Shown: piece by piece, positions 25,028-35,423 of the stretch
How positions within the stretch are numbered: position 1 is the stretch's first letter
Layout of the letters: each line of letters starts with the position of its first letter
NCBI GenBank assembly: GCA_026026165.1
Contig: JAPEUD010000053.1
Span: 1 to 64,000 of the forward strand
Source of the DNA: Sarea resinae
Lineage: Eukaryota
Reading direction: 5' to 3'
Length of the DNA: 64,000 nt
Notes under the pieces: model-generated
The model's input: only the letters and a program-made list of their open reading frames with translations
What the model was told of the DNA's origin: nothing
Database searches by the model: none
Made by a program: the position numbers and the translations under genes

Positions 25028-25494
25028 CTTGCTGGCGATATGGCAAGACTAGAGCACGGTTGGTATAGGAAATCGCGCGCAGGGCACATTGCTAGCATCG
25101 TCGTACATCCGCGACCGCTACCAATATCTGTTTCGAGATCGCGATGAGCCATTCCATGGCTAATCGTATGTTGATATCGAAAGCATAGAATCGATGGATA
25201 GACATTGGCGGGCGGACTGGATCCAATGTCAGGGTACGGGGTAACATTGATCCGTTCCGAACCGGCTCCGGTCCGGGTAAGCTTCCTGCATTACTGCCTG
25301 CATTCACTACATTTCAACTTCACGCCTTCCCGAACCACCAAATGATCCCGGTGGTCTACAAAAGAGCTTCATTGAGCTTCAACTGAAAAGCTTGAACCCC
25401 TGAGCGCGGCAAAAAGGGGTTTTCTATTTGGTCTTCATTTGATGGCGGCTTTTTAGGTACTTTATGACCACGCATTCCGAAGAAGCCGCAACAG

Positions 25495-26336
25495 ATGCTT
25501 CCCCGTAATCTCGTTCTCCGATCCCCGTCTGGGGCTTTCACGGCCCTCTCCCGCCCCTCGGCTTTGCGTCTGCCCCTGAGTCGTTTCCCTCAGCGATGTA
25601 ACAGCACTAGCAGTACAGCCTCTAAAGGGTCGAAGCTTCGTAAGTCTGACATGCACGAAGACACATCTTGTCTTCGAAGTGCAGATTCGGACAACAGCTG
25701 ATATCGAATATCAGGCTATCCGGAGCGGCTGTTGATATATCACTCTGGAACCGGCAAAACCGTATTCCTGGGTTGCTTGAAACTGACCACGATTTTTGTC
25801 TTTGCGTTTTCCTGCGTCTTGGTTGCGCCGGCTTACTACTATTCCCCTGAGCAACCGACCTGGGCAGCGCCTGCTGGTTAGTGATATTCTTCTGTCGATC
25901 AGGATTAGTAGACAGAGCACTGATTCAAGCATTAGTAATCGTTGGTGGCTCCATCCCCATGCTCTTCGTCGCCCGGACCTCCGCCCCTTTCGTCAATTAT
26001 GTCCACCTCCGCCTCCCCATCTTTGCCCGTCGTTCCCACGACAGCCTCATGCGCTACGTTCAGAAACTCCCCGCCGATGCCCCCGTAGCTGTAACCACTA
26101 TGCGATTCTCCGGCTGGCCTCGGGTGTCCGAAATGAAAGTCTCCGAGCTCCGACCCGTCAACTCGAGGTTCGGCATCGCGAATCTCAAAAGAACGCCCGC
26201 CGAGACGAGCCCGGAGCCAGGACGACCGTGGTGGATGGGCGGCCATGTGAAAAGGTTTTATGTGGGAGGCAGTAGTGAAGGTAGCAGGGAGAGGGGCGTT
26301 TGGGAAGCCGTACTCCAGCAAATCAAGTCGTCTTGA
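25495..26336 (+). CDS. Conserved hypothetical mitochondrial membrane protein (2 introns)
   Basis: R/S/L-rich presequence; GTAAGT at 25640; exon 2 YPERLLIYHSGTGKTVFLGCLKLTTIF; exon 3 IPMLFVARTSAPFVNYVHLRLP. Confidence 0.75.
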
Positions 26337-26530
26337 ATCCATGTGCTATGCGGTGCGTGAGATAGGGGGTCAATGTCATGTTGTCGGACCAGGATTGTCG
26401 ATGTTACAGGGAGCAGCCCAAAGCCCACGGACGCGGAAACTCGACTGGCTTTGCTGCTTTAGTCTTCCTGTGGCGCCAGATTGTCTTGATCGTCATCTGC
26501 TCTGAGCCGTCGTTGCACTGCCATTCCTGG

Positions 26531-26914
26531 ATGCATATATATGCACTGCCGCGATATCGTGTCTATTTATATCAGCAAACCGGAATGGAAATGGAGCGCG
26601 GTCATCGAGGACTACTACCACGTTTCGCCCGTCCTGCCAAAGGCGTCCGAGAGCTTGGCTTGAGAAGTTGGAAGCCGTTCAACTACCAGATACGCCGCAT
26701 TGTGAATCAGATACACATCTATGCCCTTCCTGCACCTCGTCAGCGCAGCGGAATTGACTTGCGACAATTCACAAGACCTTCCAATGGCATATATACCAGT
26801 CTAACAGTCATACATTCAGCAATCGATGATGTGAAATGGCGTACATGGACAACCTCGCAGTTGGACCCCTCCAGGTGCAACTTGGGAAGACTTTGCAAAG
26901 TTTCAGTAGACTAA
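26531..26914 (+). CDS. Putative orphan small protein (127 aa from ATG 26531) with internal repeat
   Basis: Two copies of HIYALP..QxxG..FxRPxxG whose codons differ mainly synonymously. Confidence 0.3.
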   Translation: MHIYALPRYRVYLYQQTGMEMERGHRGLLPRFARPAKGVRELGLRSWKPFNYQIRRIVNQIHIYALPAPRQRSGIDLRQFTRPSNGIYTSLTVIHSAIDDVKWRTWTTSQLDPSRCNLGRLCKVSVD

Positions 26915-28179
26915 GCGGAGAGTGCCCAGGCTCGAATCACAGCGTTGACGTAAAGTCATCCAAAGCGATACGCCCTGAGGTGACCCCGTCTTAGATTTTT
27001 GACTTTTTCTCACCTAGCTCATATTGAGGAGAAAAGTCTGCTGAATTTTCTGGATCTACTATCGTCTTCCATAAGAACGATGGGATGCGTTGAGCTGATG
27101 TTGCAGTTGCGTCAGGCTTCATTTATTGCAAGAGGTGGAATAATCTTGACTCCGGCGAGGTTCGAATGCGAATAGCATACTACTTCACTGTGGTATTGCG
27201 CGCGCGTTGACGGCGACAGCAATAATAGAGATTCACCTCTCCTAGGACAAATATGGACTTGTACTTTGAGTAATGCTCGTCGTGGGCTACAAATTCTTGT
27301 GAAAAGAGGTGGAAAGCATTGTTGTGACCGAGATTCGAAGGCGAGCAACACATTGGCTTTGCTATGGGGATATCAAGTACGTTAGCCGCCACGACGGCTC
27401 TGGGGATTCAGCTCTTCGTACCTAGGATGGCAGTGAGCGCGTGAATGAGTACGGGCAACCGATAGCTTCAGAAGGTCGACTCCCTACGGCTGGCCAGGGC
27501 CACCAAAAGCCTAAACTCCAAATGAGATCGAGGAAAGCGACTCAAAGGGGCCCCTTTACGGGAGGCACTCGGCTCGAATCCAGTATGTCTCACATTTTCT
27601 TCGTTCAGGCAATCTTCCTAGAAGAAAGTCTTACTCTTTCGTATTTGCTATATGTGGTTCCTTTTCTTAGGAGTAGGTCATGGAGTGTATCGAGTGATGT
27701 GATGTTTATCATAAGTTTACTTATTGTAAAAGAGGGGGAAACAAACTGCCCGTGAGCGCGGCTCGAGCATTATTGGTAATGATGTAGCGGTGATGGTGCT
27801 GATGGCTTCACTATGGTCGGCTGTTCAATAACATCCTGTGTTGAGCGATGGTTGGTGTTATGCTTGATTTGTTGTTGGAAAGAGGTGGAGATGATGTTGG
27901 TGTGTGCGAAGTTCGAATATCACATAAGTGGCGTGGTGGTGATGGCTTCATTATGGGTGGGTGTTGGACCGACGAGCGCTGACGGCGACGATAGGTCCTG
28001 GCGATAGCTTCATCGTTATATGAATAAGGTAATGAGTGGAGTGGACTGTGGAAGGGTGGTAAGGAGGTAGGTCAGTGAATAGCTTCATCCACCGGACGGC
28101 ATACATGCGAGCGCACACCTCGCCATACACCAAATGACACTGAAGGGGGTATATATACGAATCTAAAAGGCCTATTATC

Positions 28180-28363
28180 CAAGGAGGGCGGGTGGCTCAG
28201 TGGAAGATGCAACGTGCACTCTCCCAGTATTAAGGGATGACCGCGTTTCCGACTGCTGGGTGGTCGTTACCCGACTGATCTGCCCTCGGACGGTAACTGG
28301 TTCAGAAATTGGCCTGCTCTGGTGTGGGGCCGCCGCAGTACGAATCCAGTGAGTTCCTTTTTT
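28180..28363 (+). ncRNA. Candidate Pol III-transcribed structured RNA of unknown class (or degenerate tRNA-derived element)
   Basis: TATATATA 28150-57, A-box TGGCTCAGTGG 28193-203, T6 at 28358-63, B-box GTTCGAAAC 28476-84; several hand-found helices. Confidence 0.3.
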
Positions 28364-30862
28364 GTTTTTCCGCCAGGCATTTATTCTGCATTTTTTGGAA
28401 GGGGCGCTCTGTCGAGGGTGTACGTGAATGGGCGACAGAGAAGGGAAACTTAATGCAGCTGCCGCCACCACCCGCGTTCGAAACCTGCGTATGCCATAAT
28501 CTTTTTCTTAAGAGATATTCTTGAGATCTGTTTATTCAAAGGGATAGCAGAGGAGGTCAGGAGATGAGGTGTAGATATGAGGCTTGTACACCTGACCTGG
28601 GAGATTTATTTTCCTGAATTTACGTACAGACAGCAATAACTTGCCACCAACAGGATCTAAGCCAAGTCCCTGACACGCATTATCCACGACCTCGGGCGCC
28701 CCATGCACGTCAATGGCAAGCAAAAAACGGACAGCTACTCAGTGTGCGTGAGAGATTGAGGCTACTTATCCTGCGTTGCGGGCATTGATTCTCTCTCTCG
28801 ATCTCTAGTAAGTGACATGACATGATGGCGCTAGGACTAGAGACGTGTATGGACGTGTCAACGCATCTCACCTCTTCCCCCTCCTTCTCCCTCTCCTCCA
28901 TGGACTTATCGATGAAGAAAGCAATGAGGCAAACGGCGAGAGACACGGGTTCCCCGGCCTTGGCTACCACTACGTAGATATGGGTTGGCCCTGAAACGAG
29001 CTTTTGGTTCACGGTGGTGTTGAGGGAGATTTGCAATCGTTCGTGTGTTACTATGTTTAGTACTATTGCCTTGAGAATACGCCTCCGCATATGCAGCAGA
29101 CTTGAAGAGCAGAGTCAGTCGTGGCTATATTGATCAGGGGCTCGACTACACTATCTATACTGAGGCATTCGACCAGATTTGTATCAAGGGGGCCAGACGC
29201 AGACGCAGACGCAGTTTGCAGGATTACGATACGAAATCCTTCATGAGGTGAACCACCCGTACTCTCTCTACCTATACCAGACAACATTTTGGCCTCCCTT
29301 GTGCGGATCACCTGAACATCTTGACATCAACCAACGTCATGCTATCGCAAAGGCAGAAAGCCATGCGCAATCGCTGGGAAAAGCGGCTTAGGGGTCGATC
29401 TTCTTGTCTTGTGCCTAGATTTCAGAGAACTGGTTACAGTATCCATTATCTCTGATCCCAAACTAGAGGCGGGGCATCATCGGCAGGTCAAGATCACCGG
29501 CCGATACGCGCCCCAGACCTGGGCGACTGACTATTCGATCAGGTCTTCGGCTCTTTTGTTTGAGAGGGCAGTATGGAGTGCTGTGATACCGTGCTCTGCA
29601 CGCTTTCCCTGCGGGCTACCTCTGCTGTTTGTCTTGAAGAGACTCGAGAACGGTCGCCGATAGATGGGTCAGGCACCCCCTTTTCCATCTCCCTCCCTCG
29701 AGGTTTCGTCCAGGCATGTTGGAAGGTGGATGCCCTTCGATGAAGTAATAACCGTCCAACAGAGGCCTAAGTCGAAGTTTCGCCCGAGCAGGGGATGTGC
29801 TCTTAGAGCAACAGTGCGGTCGCAGAGGCCTGGCTGCTTGTGATGGCGACGAATGGCATCATGGTGGCAACGCAGGTCGCCAACACGCCAACACCCCCCC
29901 GTGGCGATGGCGATCCTACCACCCCCGTCTAGAAAACAATGAAAGGCAATCTCTCCTCTGCCACCGCTCACGGTTCTGGGACAAACAGCCCTCCCCATGG
30001 AGTTATTATCCCTGCATATCTAACCCGACTTTATCTACTCACCGTACTGACACTACTCACTCTAGGAAGGCCTGACCAGATCAGATCAGGCCAGGCAAGT
30101 CAAAGCGAGACTGGCAGTGAAACTCGATTCACGTATACCTGCCTGCCTCTACGTAACTTACATACATACCCCGCCTACGAAAACCTACATAACCTACCTA
30201 CCTATAAAAACCATGATAGAGACAAAGCCAAGACAAGATCGACAAAGATAGACAGATAGAGCACTAACCAACAGTCTTTGCATTATCATTGACATTGACG
30301 TTGACGTTTGCGTCCGCAATGTAGCATTCGGGCATCTGGGCATCTGACATCTGGGCTGGCATCCAAGCATTCGCACCAAGCGGTCATGGTGACCGATGGA
30401 TCAGTAGCGACAAGCAATCAATTATCGGTGTTAGATGACATACTAGTAAAAGAGGCCTTCCTCCATCCAAGATACCTCGCCCTTTTCCGGTCCAACGAGT
30501 ATGAAAGGGGGCCGGGGGCAGAATATGGACGCCGTTGGAAGCTTTAGAACCCACGAACCCGCAAACTCGCGAGAGGGCACGGACAAGGGTAAAAGGAGAC
30601 GAGATCTTTTGATTTTCTCATCTAGTAAAGTAGAGATGGAAGTATGCTACGCTATATCTTCTTCTCTATAGCGAACAAGGGGAAATAGAAGGGAAAAAGC
30701 CGAAAGGTATAGTATGCTCGTGCTCATGCCTTTGCAGCAACGATGAAAAAGAAAAAAGCTCTAAAGAAACACAGCACACAAACCCCTGGGAGGAGCCGGC
30801 AAAAAGAAAGAGGCAAAGGTAAGGGGAGTAAAGTATATAAAACAGAGCTGCAGACAAACAGC

Positions 30863-33800
30863 TCAAAGCGCCTCAATAGCCTTCAACAGCACGTCCAGAG
30901 ACCTGTCAGTGACCTGCTCAACGGGCTCCTTCAACAACCACGAGACATCGCTCTGCATGCCAAGCGGAACATAACACCCGCTCCTCGCCTTGTCGAGACT
31001 CTCCTTCAATCGACTCGTGTGCTCCCACTCCTTGGCGGCGACCTCGGCCCGATCGATGACTTTGCTAGAAATGCCACACATGGCCGCGCAATGCATGCCA
31101 AAGGAACCTTCGGCCACGCCGTCCTCAAGCCGGTAGAGGAAGGTGATCTTGCGGTTATCGTCGTCGACGTGGATCTGCATCCTCTTGGGCGCAATCTCTG
31201 GATGTCCCGCAAACTCAGTAGCAATAGAGTGGTAATGCGTAGCGAAGAATCCCGTGCAGCCGATATGCGTGGCGACGTGATGAAGGACCGCTTGGGCGAC
31301 CGCGACGCCGTCGTAGGAGCTTGTGCCTCGACCGAGCTCGTCGAGGATGACGAGCGAGCGCGGCGTGGCTTCGGAGAGGATCTTTTTCGTTTCGGACAGC
31401 TCGACGAAGAAGGTACTCTGAGCTGCAAATATGTTGTCGTTTGCACCGAGACGGGACATTATCCGGTCTACAGGTGTGAGACGCGCCGCCTTGCACGGAA
31501 CGTAACAGCCTATCTGCGCCATAATGACAGCAATGCAAGTCTAGAAAAGTGAGCTACTTTCTCCAGCCGAATGAAAAAATGGGAACTTACCATTCGCAGA
31601 ACTGTTGACTTGCCGGCTGCATTTGCACCGGTCAAAAGATCAATGTTCGCGCCTTTCCCACCCAAATTGATGTCGTTGGGAATAAAGTCCGTGACATTTG
31701 GAAGCATACATGGATGCCTGAGCTCCTCAAATTCCACCACGCTCCTCTCCTGATCAACAAACTCCGGTCTACAGCTCGGCTCTCCCAATGCAGAGGACGC
31801 TTTGGCTAGACTGATCAGACAATCAAGCTGGGCAATGATCTTAACCGCAGCCAACCAAGTAGCATAATCCTCATCGAAACGCTCGAAGAACCGGCCTGCA
31901 ACTGCCTTGACGATTTGAGTGTGAGTCTCTTGTGCCTCCTGTAGCTGACGGACTAGGGTACGAAGCTCCGGACTGTAATATCGCTTGACCTTTGCCGTGG
32001 CCGACATCTGATCCCAGTTCTTCGGGATCTTTTTGACATTGGTAGGAACCTCGAATTGATATATCTCTTTACCAATGTCGCGAAAGACTATAGCATTTGA
32101 CCCAAGACTGCGGCGCGCTTCCTTCAAGAGACTCTCCAGGTCAGCGAGAATCTGCTCAATACGATCTTGGCTCGCATCAAAGTCCTCTTCAACTCCACGT
32201 TCTGGGATGAGCAAGCCATCCTCCCTCGCTTTCTTTCGATCAAAAGCAGTCTTCCAATGTCGCAAAGCGCCATCTAGGTCCGGCATGGCCGAAAGCAGTT
32301 GACCAATGACCCCCTGCCCGGAGCCAACATCCCTGACCAAGCTCATCGTATACTCAATTTGTTCAAAGCCTTCTAGTACTCTGACGAAATCTTGAGGCTT
32401 GCATCGTCCGGCGTGTATCCGAGATATGAGCCTCTCCAGGTCCGGCATCTTGGTGAGCTGTGAGGTGAACTTATCACGGACAGTGGTATCGGCATTGAGG
32501 GAATCCACTGCGTCCAGTCGAGCGTTGATCCTGACTGCATCTGCAAGAGGATGGCAAATCCATTGACGGAACATCCTCTTTCCGAATGGAGTTATACACC
32601 GATTGAGCATAGTGAATAGCGTACCGTCTTGACCACCGTCAAACGAGTTGGCAAATATCTACTCAGATCAGTTGACTGCCGGTCATCTCTCGCAAATCCA
32701 CGTACCTCCAGGTTGATCAGTGTCTGTCCATCTAGCACCAGACTCGTCGCCTTGCGTATCGGGTCGTACCAGGTGAAATTACCCAGTGTGACGAGCTCCC
32801 GTTCGATTTTCAGCTGTACAAATTAGTAATTGGAATATTCGCCAAGTTCAGATACTTACTGTTCGAAGATACTGCACGAGTGCGCCGAAAGCAGACATAA
32901 CAAGCTCCTTCTCCTTCGCTTCTAGCAGCGCTGGGGGCCAGGCCTCGGTATTGTCCTGATCTGCCGAAACAAAGTAACCGCTCGCATCGACCTCGCGACA
33001 AGCAATATCTGCGGCCCAAAATTCTCTGCCAGGCTTCAAATAATTCCAAATAGTCGTCGGCGTGGTGTTGTTTTTGAGAATGCGCAAGACCTTGACCGAC
33101 ACGCAAGACTTTTCGAGGAGAAGCTCTTGAGGCCTTGTCTGTGCAACAAATGTCTCGAACTTTGTCATTTCAACATCGTCGACAAAGTCTGATAGAAAAA
33201 ATTGGCCAGTAGCAGTATCGACAAATGCTATGCCAAATGCCGGTAGGCCATCGACAGTAGACTCCTATCAAATACGTTAGAGGGTAAATCAAGCCAGGAG
33301 GATGGTGGTATTACCTTGATAGCGACGCAATAAGTCGACATGTCGTCCTGGAGCATACCGCCATCTACAAGGGTGCCGGAAGTCAGGACGCAGGCCAGCT
33401 CTCGCCGGATCACTTTATCCTCCTTCTGTGGTTTCCCGGGCTTCTTTCCGTCTCTCTCTCGCATCTCTTTGCCCAATGCCGATTCCTTTTGATCCACTCG
33501 AGCGATCTTGTAGCCTTTCGCAACAAACTGATTGGCCCAATGGTCAAGAGACATTTCAGGTACACCGACCATACGCATGTTGACTCTGTCTGTCAGCTTG
33601 AGGTCAAATAATTGATGACCGATTGTAGCGTCATTTTCATAAAGCTCATAGAACTTTCCCTTCTTGAAGAAGACAATAGTGTCCCAAAATTTCTGCTTGA
33701 TCTCCCAATATTGCTTCTCAAACGGTGAGAACTTGGCCCAGGCGAGTGGCGGTATGTAAACGGTACGAGGATCGTAGTCCGGATGACCAGGAGGGTTTCT

Positions 33801-34915
33801 GTCAGCATCGGTAACATTTGCTAGCCATGGATAGCGTTGCTCCGGTTCCGACAAGTGAGCCTTTTCTTTCCACTTTTTCTCTCCTGTATTAGACTTCTTG
33901 ACTGCCACATTGGCAGGGCGAGGATGGAGAGGTTCTATATTATCCGGGTCGTAGGTCCATTGCTGTGCTGTAGAGGCAGTCGACATCTCCAAGTCCACAT
34001 CTTCTGGAGGTGGCGGCGGCAGAGCTGCCGGGCTTCTCTGGGATCGAGGAGCTGAGGTGCGTTTACGCTTTTTCGAATGCTGTATCTCTTCGTCGGATTC
34101 ATCAGGCACGATGAAGTCGTCTAAGTCTGTGATCCTGTTAGATGTCTTTCAAATTTCAGCCGGCACCAAAAGCTTCAACCTAGGGAGTGCGTCGGGCCAA
34201 GACATCACTCCGGAGAGTCCGCTAGAGACTCTGCAACTGCAGCTCAAGACCAACGTACCTTCATCTATGTCTGCGGCTTCTAGCAGGGATTCTTCGAGGA
34301 AGTCATCCTCGGAATCTTCCAATGCCGTCTTTCTCCGTTTCGAAGATCTACCGCGCTTGCTGTTGTTTGGAATGGGCTTGAAGACATCCTCGTCTTCACT
34401 ATCGTCGCCTTCACCGCCCGACTCGGCGTAGTTGACAATCTTCTTAGCCTGGAAACGATCGTTAGTCAAGGCAGCAAATTCTCATCGAAGATGCTTCCAA
34501 CCTTCCGACTTGGACTGCTCAAGAGAGCAGCACCATCGGGATCTTCTTTCACAAAGGTGCCATTGACTGCTCGATTTGCTGGTGTTTCGGGCGATGGAAG
34601 ACCATTTCTCCCATCATCGATCACGGCAACGCCGTTTCCAGGAATTGGAGAACTGGGTGGTTCTGGAGCATCACTGCTCGGAGCTGGCGTCAGGCTCGAG
34701 CTTGAACTCGATCCCGGCTCCTTAGACTTATGCTTCGTACCGTCGCTTGAAGCTGATGGAGGTCCTGACTTTGTAGATGGACTGTCTTGGGCCTTCTTTT
34801 GAAAGAAGCCAAGGATGGATCTCTGGTTCGTGGACTGTGAGCCCGAGTTCGACTTCTTGAGAGATGGCGGAGGAGCGGCTTGAGAGGGAGCTTTACTCGC
34901 ACTACCTCGAGCCAT
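30863..34915 (-). CDS. MSH6: DNA mismatch repair protein Msh6 (multi-exon)
   Basis: PIP box QRSILGFF; FEKQYWEIK..FFKKGKFYELYENDA; Walker A LTGANAAGKST; ILDELGRGTSSYDG; FATHY; SFGMHCAAMCG. Confidence 0.97.
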
Positions 34916-35065
34916 AGTGCAAGAGAACTGAGGAGACCTTAGGACGAGGAAAGATGAAGTAGAGGACTAGGCATGTCCTCAAGGTGATTTGGGGTATGTG
35001 AAGTAGGTCAGGCACGGAGTACTATGCAGTATATATTCCATAGCTCGAGGGAGCTTGTTGGGGGA

Positions 35066-35116
35066 AACGCGGCGCGCGTTCGCGATTTGCGTGTCAGGGG
35101 GCTATACCTACGCGTA
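35066..35116. promoter_or_regulatory. MCB-like (ACGCG/ACGCGT) cell-cycle elements upstream of MSH6
   Basis: aaACGCGgcgCGCGTtcgcg at ~35066-35085 and ACGCGT at 35110-15, 150-200 bp upstream of the MSH6 ATG. Confidence 0.6.
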
Positions 35117-35423
35117 ATTACTTTCGGTATCGGGCATGATTCGGAAGCCCAGCTTCATCGTCTCCGGTAGTAGTCCCCTTCTCAGCTAATCTAATCAACA
35201 GAGCGATCATGCGCATTCTACCACGGCTGCACAAATCGAATCATTTTGTTTAGACGTCTAGATATTACTACATTAGATAGTTGGAATAGGAGCAAGGCCG
35301 CGATGCAGACCATAGCTTCTGGACGGCAATTCTCCGACTCGGAGATCAAACGATCGCAACACGCAAGGAAATCAGTAAGGGAGAGTATATTGAGCCACGT
35401 CCATTCACTTCAAACATTCTTCA

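Noticed and set aside
27524..27592. tRNA-sized segment with a T-loop-like GCTCGAATCC
   Set aside because: Acceptor, D and anticodon stems do not pair properly
30743..31552. 269-aa + strand ORF and other long antisense ORFs (e.g. 14362-15224, 3759-4812, 54409-55233)
   Set aside because: Antisense shadows of MSH6, MIC60, NOP7 and STE6 coding sequence
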